Shown: positions 45,860 through 53,545 of the stretch, one piece after another | How the letters are laid out: each line of letters opens with the position of its first letter | How positions within the stretch are numbered: the first letter of the stretch is position 1 | Assembly: GCA_947169825.1 (NCBI GenBank) | Contig: CAMVRE010000003.1 | Coordinates: 1-59,845 of the forward strand | Direction of reading: 5' to 3' | Origin: an uncultured Verrucomicrobiota bacterium | Lineage (GTDB): Bacteria > Verrucomicrobiota > Kiritimatiellia > RFP12 > UBA3636 | Length of the DNA: 59,845 nt | Translations under genes and position numbers: made by a program | Notes under the pieces: generated by a model | The model's input: the letters and a program-made list of their open reading frames with translations, nothing else | Databases searched by the model: none | What the model was told of the DNA's origin: nothing

Positions 45860-46556
45860 GGATGCACCAGATGGCGCGGAAGCCGTCCTTCCAGCCGATG
45901 TGCTTGCCCTCCTTGTAGGTGCGGCCGTTGTAGGAGATGCCGACCTCGTAGATGCGGAGCCCGGCGCGGGCGACGCGCGAGGTGATCTCGGGCTCGAAGC
46001 CGAATCGGTCCTGCTGGAGGGACGGGAGGATCTCCTTGAGGACGGGCGTCCGGAAGACCTTGTAGCAGGTCTCCATGTCCGTGAGGTTCAGGTTGGTGAA
46101 CCAGTTGGAGAGCGTCGTGAGGAACCTGTTGCCGACGGAGTGCCAGTAGTAGAGGACGCGGTGGGGCGCTCCGCCCATGAAGCGCGAGCCGAAGACGACG
46201 TCGGCCTTTCCCTCGAGGATTGGGGCGAGCAATTGAGGATACTCGGCCGGATCGTACTCGAGGTCGGCATCCTGTACGATGACGGCGTCGCCCGTCGCGG
46301 CGGCGAAGCCGGTGCGTAGCGCGGCGCCCTTGCCGCGGTTGACGTCGTGCCGCAGCTTGACGAACGTGTTGTGCTCGTCGTCGGCGAAGTCTTCCATCAC
46401 GGCGCGGGAGCCGTCCTTCGAGCAGTCGTCCACGAGGATGATCTGCTTTCGTATCGGCACGGCGCGGACGGCGTCCACGAGCCGCGCGAGCGTGCGTTCC
46501 TCGTTGTAGACGGGAATGACAACAGAAAGGACGAAATCGTTCGGAATGTTATTCAT
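45846..46556 (-). CDS. DPM1-like GT2 (polyprenol-phosphate sugar synthase)
   Basis: [55 protein letters not shown] and [10 protein letters not shown] motifs. Confidence 0.9.
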   Translation of the reverse strand: MNNIPNDFVLSVVIPVYNEERTLARLVDAVRAVPIRKQIILVDDCSKDGSRAVMEDFADDEHNTFVKLRHDVNRGKGAALRTGFAAATGDAVIVQDADLEYDPAEYPQLLAPILEGKADVVFGSRFMGGAPHRVLYYWHSVGNRFLTTLSNWFTNLNLTDMETCYKVFRTPVLKEILPSLQQDRFGFEPEITSRVARAGLRIYEVGISYNGRTYKEGKHIGWKDGFRAIWCILRYR

Positions 46557-46563
46557 GCCGGGC

Positions 46564-46593
46564 ATTCTATCACGGATGCATGCCAGTGGGCAA
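46564..46593 (-). promoter_or_regulatory. Internal leaderless promoter of the DPM1-like gene
   Basis: TTGCCC, 18 bp, TG-A-TAGAAT, with the ATG 7 nt later. It overlaps the 3' end of the upstream RgpF-like gene. Confidence 0.6.
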
Positions 46594-47955
46594 GCGGGGC
46601 TCCGAAGTGGAAATCGGCTGAGCCGGGCGGGATGGCGCTTCATGCCGGATGGCGGTCGCAAGATCGGGGTTGAACCGTTCCACGAGTTCCAGGAGGCGTT
46701 CCGGCGCCTGGCTCGACTCGCCGGTGAAGGCCTTCGCCTTGACGAGCGGGGACTTGTAGCGGCGGATCAGGTCAAGCGGCCGCGTCGTCGGGTTGAACTT
46801 GTGGCGAAGTCGCGGAAAGCAAGGGCGTACGAACGCGTCCGGGACGAATCCGCGGCGGCGCAGATGATCCGTGAGCTGGATCTCGAACCGGTCGATGGCT
46901 TCGTTGCGCGTCGCGCGCGCGGGCCGCTCGGCGAAAAAGGACTCCAGGGCGCCGGCGTCCAGAACCGGTCGGCGGAAAACGAGGAAGAAGGACTGCAGGT
47001 GCGGGGTCCCGGAGCGCTGCGTGTTGAACGTGAGCCCCCAGAAGTCGGCGCGGCGTTTCTCCATCGCCCGGAACATTCCCGGGAACGGTCGCACCGGGGC
47101 GTAGCAGGAGCTGTTGGCGAAGACGAGCTCGTGGCAGCGTTCCGCGGCCAGCCATCCGCGTTCGCGCACCGCGCGCAGACCGATGCGCCATGAGCCGAAG
47201 TCGTAGCCGCCGTGCCAGCGGCAGACGGCCGCGGACGCGAGGCCGCGCAGCTTCTCCTCCTCGCCGGGCAGCAGGGGCGAATTGGCTGCGTAGACGATGT
47301 TGTCGCAGACTTCGCGAAGTCCTCTCAGGTAGAGAAGATCGCGATCCGGAATGCGGCCGTCGGGCGAGAACGAGGCGTAGACGGCGGTTCGTCCGTGGAC
47401 GGACGGTTCGTCCACGAGTCCGAGGTCCAGCTCGCGGGCGTCCGCGGGAAAGACGGGTTCTTCCCGCGCGGCGGCCTCGGCCCTCGTAACCGGACAGCCG
47501 ATGAAGCGTCCGTACTGCTCGTAGTGGACGAGCGGATTCAACCCGTCCGCGCGAACCTCCGGGTTGAGCTCCAGGTAGACGGCTCCGGAGAAGTCGGGGG
47601 ACGCCCGCCAGTCGTCGGGAAGGTCGTGCAGAAGGTAGTGCAGCTCCGGGGAGAGTCCCGAGCGGGCGATCTCCGGGTGGTTCGCCGCGTACCATTCGCG
47701 GTCGAAGAGGGGGGAGCGGTGGATCGTGAGAAGGTCGATCGGCAGGCGAAGGAGCCGGATGAACGCCAGGCGGTCGCGAACGCCCTCCCGCAGGAGCCGC
47801 GCGAAAAGGCGCGGATGCCGGATCGCGAACGCGGCAAGCCCGAATGCCGTCCGCGCCAGTACGCCCGGGGTGAAGAAGGAAAACAGGAAGTCTGGCCGGT
47901 CGGTCTTCCGGGGCGGAGGAGGGGATTGTTGGGCGTGGGGACGGCGGTTGAACAT
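46570..47955 (-). CDS. Third RgpF-like protein
   Basis: FDREWY..HPEI..SPELHY repeats, followed by [28 protein letters not shown] and FEIQ motifs. GGAGAGG SD upstream. Confidence 0.8.
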   Translation of the reverse strand: MFNRRPHAQQSPPPPRKTDRPDFLFSFFTPGVLARTAFGLAAFAIRHPRLFARLLREGVRDRLAFIRLLRLPIDLLTIHRSPLFDREWYAANHPEIARSGLSPELHYLLHDLPDDWRASPDFSGAVYLELNPEVRADGLNPLVHYEQYGRFIGCPVTRAEAAAREEPVFPADARELDLGLVDEPSVHGRTAVYASFSPDGRIPDRDLLYLRGLREVCDNIVYAANSPLLPGEEEKLRGLASAAVCRWHGGYDFGSWRIGLRAVRERGWLAAERCHELVFANSSCYAPVRPFPGMFRAMEKRRADFWGLTFNTQRSGTPHLQSFFLVFRRPVLDAGALESFFAERPARATRNEAIDRFEIQLTDHLRRRGFVPDAFVRPCFPRLRHKFNPTTRPLDLIRRYKSPLVKAKAFTGESSQAPERLLELVERFNPDLATAIRHEAPSRPAQPISTSEPRLPTGMHP

Positions 47956-47979
47956 GAGGTCCTCTCCCGGACGGGAGCG

Positions 47980-48375
47980 TTATCCGCGGATCTTTTCGAT
48001 GATGGCCGTCGTTGAAATGATCGGGGTGCGGGGAAGATAGAGGACTTCGCAGCCCGTGAGCGGAATCACCCAGTCGAACTGGCCGGTCCAGTCGTCGCCC
48101 ATGACGAGAAGGTCCGCCTTGTACTGCTTGATATACTCGGCCTTGCGCTCGAGCGACTCCTCCGTGAAGGTTTCATCGACGCACTTGAGCGCCCCGACGA
48201 TCCGGGCCCTTTCCTCGAACGAGTAGTACGGGTTGCGCCCTTTTTTCGCGAAACTGAGTTCGTCGCTTGAAATGCCGACGACGAGATGGTCGCACAGGTC
48301 GCGCGTGCGCTCCAGGATCCGGAGATGACCGTAGTGGAAGACGTCGAATGTGCCAAAGGTGATTCCGCGTTTCAT
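47980..48375 (-). CDS. tagD: Glycerol-3-phosphate cytidylyltransferase-like (TagD family), copy A
   Basis: GTFDVFHYGH (HxGH), MGDDW and RTPxISTT motifs. The substrate is not established. Confidence 0.8.
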   Translation of the reverse strand: MKRGITFGTFDVFHYGHLRILERTRDLCDHLVVGISSDELSFAKKGRNPYYSFEERARIVGALKCVDETFTEESLERKAEYIKQYKADLLVMGDDWTGQFDWVIPLTGCEVLYLPRTPIISTTAIIEKIRG

Positions 48376-48411
48376 CGGCTGCCAGACTTTTTTTTCGCGG
48401 GGGCGAACCGT

Positions 48412-48810
48412 CTACGGCCGGTTCCGCTCCATGAGCTCCGTCGTCGAGACGCCGGGGGTGCGGGGGAGGTAGACGACCTCGACGCCGCAGGCCTCGCGGA
48501 GCCAGTCGAAGCGGCCCTCGTAGTCGGCGCCGATGATGAAGACGTCGGCGTGGTGCTCGCGGACGTAGTCCGCCTTCCGCTCCTCGCACTCCTCCTTGAA
48601 GACCTCGTCGACGCAGCGCAGCTCCGCGACGATCGCCGCACGCTGCTCGTAGGGGAAGGCGAGGCCGTGGCTCTTGTTCTTGCTCGCGATGAACTCGTCG
48701 CTCGAGACGCCGACGACGAGCCGGTCGCAGAGCGCGCGGGCGCGCTGCAGGATGCGCAGGTGCCCGTAGTGGAACATGTCGAACGTGCCGAAGGTGATGC
48801 CGGTTTTCAT
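48412..48810 (-). CDS. TagD-family cytidylyltransferase, divergent copy B
   Basis: GTFDMFHYGH, IGADY and RTPGVSTT motifs; 132 aa. ATGA-coupled to the FGGY kinase. Confidence 0.85.
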   Translation of the reverse strand: MKTGITFGTFDMFHYGHLRILQRARALCDRLVVGVSSDEFIASKNKSHGLAFPYEQRAAIVAELRCVDEVFKEECEERKADYVREHHADVFIIGADYEGRFDWLREACGVEVVYLPRTPGVSTTELMERNRP

Positions 48811-50279
48811 GCGCGCTCCTTCATGGCGGCGAACCGGGCGGAGGCCTCCGCCCATGCGGACGCGCTCGCCCGGTTCGGTTCGTAGGCGATCGGCGGATCG
48901 GAGACGCCCATAAGCTCCCGGGCCTCGGCGTGGTCCCTGAGGTCGCCCATCGCGATCATCTGCACGAGGACGTTGCCCGCGCAGGCGCCCTCCGTCGGGC
49001 CGCAGAGGACCGGCACGCCGAGTGCGTCGGCCGTCATCCGGCAGTGCAGCGCGTTGCGCGTAGCGCCGCCGATCATGTTGAGGCCGTCGCGCTTCTCGCC
49101 GGTGATGCGCTCGAGCTGCGTCCAGAGCTCCTTGTAGCGCAGCACCATGCTCTCCAGCGCGCAGCGCGCGAAGGCGCCCTTGCTCTCCGGGACGGGCTGG
49201 CCGGTGCGCTTGCACCATGCGGCGATCTTCTCGTCCATGTGCCCCGCGCGCTGGAAGTCCGGCGCGTCCGGATCGATCAGCGAGACGAACGGCTTCGCCT
49301 TCTCGGCCATCTCGGTCATGCGGTCGTAGGGCACGTCCTCGCCCTGCTCCTTCCAGGCCTTGTGCAGCTCCTGGTAGACCCACATGCCGGTGAGGTTCTT
49401 CATGAACCGGATGCCGCCGGTGATGCCGATTTCGTTCGTCCAGCTGCATTCGTAGGCCTCGTCGGAGAAGATCGGCTCGGGGATCTCGGCGCCGACGAGC
49501 CCCCAGGTGCCGGTCGAGAGGCAGCCCCACTTGCCCTCCTTCGGGACGGGGATCGCGGCGACGGCGGAGGCGGTGTCGTGCGTGCCGACGGCGACGACCT
49601 GCGTCGAGTAGCCCTCGAGGTTCCGGATCGGGCCGAGGATCGTGCCGGGGCGGACGAGCTCGCCGAAGATGCGCCTCGGGAGGCCCGCCGCGTCGATCAG
49701 GTCCCAGGCCCAGTTGCGCGCGCGAACGTCGAGGCACTGGCTCGTGGAGGCCATCGTGATCTCGTTGGAGAGGACGCCCGAAAGCCAGTAGTCCATGAGG
49801 TCGGGCACCATGAGGAAGCGCGCGGCGCGGTCGAGCTGCGAGGCGGGGGACCGCGACTCCGCCACGAGCTGGAAGAGCGTGTTGATCGGCATGAACTGCG
49901 TGCCGGTCGCGTCGTAGATGCGGCGGCGTCCGAGCTTCGCGCACGTTTCGTCCATTACGCCGTCGAGGCGCGGGTCGCGGTAGGAATGCGGCAGGCCCGT
50001 CAGGCGCCCGGCGGCGTCCACGAGCGCGTAGTCCACGCCCCAGGTGTCGACGCCGACCGAGGCCGGCTCGGATCCGAGCGCGCGGGCCCGGCGAACGCCC
50101 TCGAGGATGTTGCGGTAGAGGGCGACCATGTCCCAGTGCAGGCCGCCGGGCAGCGGCGTCTGGGCGTTCTCGAAGCGGTTTGTCTCCTCGAATCGGAGGC
50201 GGGATCCGTCGAACCGGCCCGCGATCACGCGGCCGCTACCGGCGCCCAGATCGGACGCAACGTAGATTTTTTCACTCAT
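48807..50279 (-). CDS. rhaB: Rhamnulokinase-like FGGY carbohydrate kinase
   Basis: VASDLGAGSGR, VGVDTWGVDY, SYRDPR, GTQFMPINTLFQL, HDTASAV, STGTW, NLTGMW and PTEG..GN motifs. Confidence 0.85.
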   Translation of the reverse strand: MSEKIYVASDLGAGSGRVIAGRFDGSRLRFEETNRFENAQTPLPGGLHWDMVALYRNILEGVRRARALGSEPASVGVDTWGVDYALVDAAGRLTGLPHSYRDPRLDGVMDETCAKLGRRRIYDATGTQFMPINTLFQLVAESRSPASQLDRAARFLMVPDLMDYWLSGVLSNEITMASTSQCLDVRARNWAWDLIDAAGLPRRIFGELVRPGTILGPIRNLEGYSTQVVAVGTHDTASAVAAIPVPKEGKWGCLSTGTWGLVGAEIPEPIFSDEAYECSWTNEIGITGGIRFMKNLTGMWVYQELHKAWKEQGEDVPYDRMTEMAEKAKPFVSLIDPDAPDFQRAGHMDEKIAAWCKRTGQPVPESKGAFARCALESMVLRYKELWTQLERITGEKRDGLNMIGGATRNALHCRMTADALGVPVLCGPTEGACAGNVLVQMIAMGDLRDHAEARELMGVSDPPIAYEPNRASASAWAEASARFAAMKERA

Positions 50280-50287
50280 GGCCATTG

Positions 50288-50317
50288 ATTCTAGCAGAAA
50301 ACGGCACATCAATGCAA
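50288..50317 (-). promoter_or_regulatory. Promoter of the kinase-cytidylyltransferase operon
   Basis: TTGCAT, 18 bp, TG-C-TAGAAT, with the ATG 8 nt later. Confidence 0.65.
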
Positions 50318-50319
50318 CC

Positions 50320-50348
50320 TTGCGGTGGCCGCGGCCGTTTGCTAGAAT
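50320..50348 (+). promoter_or_regulatory. Back-to-back divergent promoter of tagD copy C
   Basis: TTGCGG (50320-50325), 17 bp, TG-C-TAGAAT (50340-50348), with the ATG 9 nt later. Confidence 0.7.
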
Positions 50349-50357
50349 CACCCCCCT

Positions 50358-50753
50358 ATGAAGCGAGGCATCACCTTCGGCACGTTCGACGTCTTCCACT
50401 ACGGGCACCTGCGTCTGCTCGAGCGTGCGCGCGCGCTATGCGACTGGATGGCCGTCGGCGTCTCGAGCGACGAGCTCAGCGTCTCGAAGAAAGGTCGGGC
50501 ACCCTGCTATCCGTTCGAGGAGCGCGCACGGATCATCGGGGCGCTCCGATGCGTCGACGAGGTCTTCCGCGAGGAGTCGCTCGAGCGCAAGGCCGACTAC
50601 ATCAGGAAGTACGGGGCGGACATCCTCGTGATGGGCGACGACTGGGCCGGCAAGTTCGACTGGGTGGTTCCGCTCACCGGCTGCGAGGTCCTTTACCTTC
50701 CGCGCACGCCGGCCATCTCGACGACGGCAATCATCGAGAAGATCCGGGGCTAG
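50358..50753 (+). CDS. tagD: TagD-family cytidylyltransferase, copy C (about 81% aa identical to copy A)
   Basis: HxGH, GDDW and RTP..STT motifs. Differs from copy A at 25 of 131 positions, counted by eye. Confidence 0.8.
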   Translation: MKRGITFGTFDVFHYGHLRLLERARALCDWMAVGVSSDELSVSKKGRAPCYPFEERARIIGALRCVDEVFREESLERKADYIRKYGADILVMGDDWAGKFDWVVPLTGCEVLYLPRTPAISTTAIIEKIRG

Positions 50754-51553
50754 TCCGCGGCTTTGCCAGGCGGGGCGGGCGGTTCTCGCAGGAGGGACGA
50801 CCGACGGGCGAACCGGACGCGGAAGGCGGTGCGGAAATAGCGGAAGTTGGCGAGGAAGGTGTTCTGGGATTCGCCTTCGGCGCGCGGCCTCCAGTTCGCC
50901 GGAATCTGGACGAAGGGCACGCCGAGCCGGAGGGGGACGATCGAGGTCTCCAGAAAGAACGGATGGCGCAGCTCCCGCCAGTCGACCATCCGCAGGAGAT
51001 CCGTCGGAAACAGGCGGAAGGCGTAGGTCAGGTCGCTCAGCCGCGTCAGGAACATCGCGGCGATGAGCTTCTGGAAGATCGCGTTGCAGACGATCTTCAC
51101 GCGGCTGTAGCCGGAGAAGCCGCCGCCGGCCATCCAGCGCGACGCGGTGACGACGGCCCCCGGCGCCCGCTTCGACTCGGCGATCATCCGGCCGACCGCC
51201 TCCGGCGGCGTTTCGAGATCGGCCGACATCATCACGCAGTGGGACCCCTTCGCCTCCGGAATGGCGCTCCGGTAGGCGCCGCCCGCGAAGGGAAGCGCCT
51301 GGTAGAGGATGCGGACAGGCGGGCGCCCGTCGGATTCCGAGACGAGCGCCTCCGCCGTTTCGCGGCAGCCGGGCGTCGTCCGATCCGGATGGAGGAGGAT
51401 CAGGATTTCCGCGAGATCCTCGGGACGGCAGAACCTCCGGAGCTCCTCGACGGTTTCGCGGAGCGAGAAGGTCTCGTTGACGGCCGCGACGAGGACGCTG
51501 GCGCCCGTGAACGCGCCGGGAAGACGGGCAACGACGGAAGGTCGGTCGGACAT
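50750..51553 (-). CDS. DPM1-like GT2 (second polyprenol-phosphate sugar synthase candidate)
   Basis: SVLVAAVNE, GGAYRSAI, VMMSADLETPP, VTASRW, LSDLTYAFRLF and W.PR.EGESQ motifs. Confidence 0.7.
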   Translation of the reverse strand: MSDRPSVVARLPGAFTGASVLVAAVNETFSLRETVEELRRFCRPEDLAEILILLHPDRTTPGCRETAEALVSESDGRPPVRILYQALPFAGGAYRSAIPEAKGSHCVMMSADLETPPEAVGRMIAESKRAPGAVVTASRWMAGGGFSGYSRVKIVCNAIFQKLIAAMFLTRLSDLTYAFRLFPTDLLRMVDWRELRHPFFLETSIVPLRLGVPFVQIPANWRPRAEGESQNTFLANFRYFRTAFRVRFARRSSLLREPPAPPGKAAD

Positions 51554-51560
51554 GCCGCCG

Positions 51561-51589
51561 ATTCTAGCAGATTCGCAGTCGCGGCACAA
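51561..51589 (-). promoter_or_regulatory. Leaderless promoter of the GT2 gene
   Basis: TTGTGC, 17 bp, TG-C-TAGAAT, with the ATG 7 nt later. Confidence 0.7.
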
Positions 51590-51614
51590 ACGCGGCTGGA
51601 AGGCGTCCGGTCGC

Positions 51615-51643
51615 TTGCCCCGGGACCCCGCCTGTGCTAGGAT
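51615..51643 (+). promoter_or_regulatory. Divergent leaderless promoter of the flavoprotein gene
   Basis: TTGCCC, 17 bp, TG-C-TAGGAT, with the ATG 7 nt later (51651). Confidence 0.65.
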
Positions 51644-51650
51644 GGGGGCG

Positions 51651-52853
51651 ATGAAGACAAAGATCGCGATCATCGGCGCCGGTCCGGCCGGCCTCGCGCT
51701 CGCCAATGCGCTGCTTCGGCGCGGCATCGGGGATTTTCTGGTTCTGGAGCGCGAGGCGGAAGCGGGCGGCCTCTGCCGTTCGCAGATCGTCGACGGCGCC
51801 CCGCTCGACACCGGCGGCGGGCACTTCCTCGACGTCCGGCGCCCCGCCGTGACGGCGTTCGCCTTCGACTTCCTTCCCGAGGCGGAGTGGAACCGCTTCG
51901 ACCGCGATTCCCGCATCTCGATCCACGGGCGTCTGATCGGAAGCCCGTTCGAGGCGAACATCTGGCAGCTCGACGAGGCGCACCAAAGGCGCTACCTCGC
52001 CGACATCGCCGCGGCGGGGTGCAACACGGGCGCGCCGATGCCGGAAAAGTTCGTCGACTGGATCTACTGGAAGCTCGGCCGGGGCATCGCCGAGGACTAC
52101 ATGCTGCCCTACAACCGCAAGATGTTCGGCGACGACCTGAACGTCCTCGGGACGTATTGGCTGGAGAAGCTGCCGAACGTCTCCTACGAGGATACGCTGC
52201 GCAGCTGCGAGGAGCGCCGCCCCCACGCGGTCCAGCCGGGGCACGCCTCCTTCCACTACCCGAAGGCGTTCGGCTTCGGCGAGCTCTGGCGCCGCATGGG
52301 CGAGGCGCTCGGGCCCCGGCTCCTCCTCGGGACGCCCGCGCGGACGCTCGACGTCGCGTCGCGGACCGTGAACGGCGAGATCGAGGCGGGGCTCGTCGTC
52401 AACACCGCCCCGTGGCCCGCGTTCGAGCGGATCGACGGCCTCTCCCCGGAGTCGCTCGCGGCGATCGCCTCGCTCCGGCACACGGCCGTGGACATCGACT
52501 ACGTCCCGGAGGATCCCGACACGCCGGCGCAGTGGATCTACCAGCCCGATCCGGCGCTGCCGGAGCACCGCTGGCTCGTGCGCCGCAACTTCCTCCCCGG
52601 CTCGCGCGGCTATTGGCGCGAGACACGCCGGGAGCGCAACCCGCCGCTTCGTCCGGGGGCGTTCCGCGCGACGAACGACTGGGCCTATCCGCTCAACACC
52701 GTCGGGAAGAACGAGGCGATGGCGGCGCTGCTCGCGGAGGCGTCCGCGCACGGCGTCCTCGGCCTCGGCCGCTGGGGCGAGTGGCAGCACTACAACTCCG
52801 ACCTCGTCGTGGAGCGCGCCCTCGCGCTGGCGGAGCGGATCTCGCGCGGCTGA
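51651..52853 (+). CDS. FAD-dependent oxidoreductase (protoporphyrinogen-oxidase/UDP-galactopyranose-mutase-like)
   Basis: IIGAGPAGL..LERE..GGLCRS, D.GGGHF, PYNRKMF and GRWGEWQHYNSD motifs. Confidence 0.75.
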   Translation: MKTKIAIIGAGPAGLALANALLRRGIGDFLVLEREAEAGGLCRSQIVDGAPLDTGGGHFLDVRRPAVTAFAFDFLPEAEWNRFDRDSRISIHGRLIGSPFEANIWQLDEAHQRRYLADIAAAGCNTGAPMPEKFVDWIYWKLGRGIAEDYMLPYNRKMFGDDLNVLGTYWLEKLPNVSYEDTLRSCEERRPHAVQPGHASFHYPKAFGFGELWRRMGEALGPRLLLGTPARTLDVASRTVNGEIEAGLVVNTAPWPAFERIDGLSPESLAAIASLRHTAVDIDYVPEDPDTPAQWIYQPDPALPEHRWLVRRNFLPGSRGYWRETRRERNPPLRPGAFRATNDWAYPLNTVGKNEAMAALLAEASAHGVLGLGRWGEWQHYNSDLVVERALALAERISRG

Positions 52854-52875
52854 CGCCGCGGACGGGCGGGCGGCG

Positions 52876-53481
52876 CTACGAGAGCGGCCGGGCGTCCGGC
52901 GCGAGCGGGAAGGCGAGGATCGCGCAGAGCAGAAGCGCGAGGCCGAGCGCGAGGAACGCGGCGGAGACGGCGCGCGCGCGGCGTGGCGTCGCGTTCGCGG
53001 CGAGGATCCAGTCGCGCAGGATCCACGGCTTCGCGATCCAGAACATCCCCGCGACCGCCATCGCGTAGGCGGCGAGGACGACGAGCAGGCGCGCGGGCGA
53101 GGGATGCCAGCGCGCGGCGGAGAGGAGCGGCGTCGGCACGAGGACGAAGAGCATCCCCGCGGCGCGGCACGAGAGCAGGTCGGGCATCGCGAGGACCACG
53201 CCCGCCGCGAGCGCGAGGAACGCCACCTGCACCCACGGGAACATCCGCGCCGCCGCGCCCTGGAAGAATTCCAGCATCACGAACGGCGCCCACAGCGCCG
53301 CCCACGCGAGCGAGACCACCGCCAGGACGCGCCCCGGCCAGACCGAGCGCGGGAAGCGCCGCCACCACGCGGCGGCGCGCTCCGGCGCGGCCACGCCCGG
53401 CAGCGCCAGCAGCGCCGTCGCGGCGCCGAGCAGGCCGGAGAGCAGGGCCAGGTGGGGGTAGTCGGGCTTCAGGATGAACAT
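52876..53481 (-). CDS. Hypothetical polytopic membrane protein
   Basis: 201 aa with about six hydrophobic segments and GC3-rich codon usage like its neighbours. Confidence 0.75.
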   Translation of the reverse strand: MFILKPDYPHLALLSGLLGAATALLALPGVAAPERAAAWWRRFPRSVWPGRVLAVVSLAWAALWAPFVMLEFFQGAAARMFPWVQVAFLALAAGVVLAMPDLLSCRAAGMLFVLVPTPLLSAARWHPSPARLLVVLAAYAMAVAGMFWIAKPWILRDWILAANATPRRARAVSAAFLALGLALLLCAILAFPLAPDARPLS

Positions 53482-53489
53482 GGTCGGAA

Positions 53490-53529
53490 GGTCACACGGT
53501 CACACGGTCACACGGTCACACGGTCACAC
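53490..53529. repeat. 8-bp tandem repeat GGTCACAC x5
   Basis: Five perfect units between the bamA stop and the ATG of the membrane protein gene. Confidence 0.95.
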
Positions 53530-53545
53530 GGTTGAAAGGGAGGGG

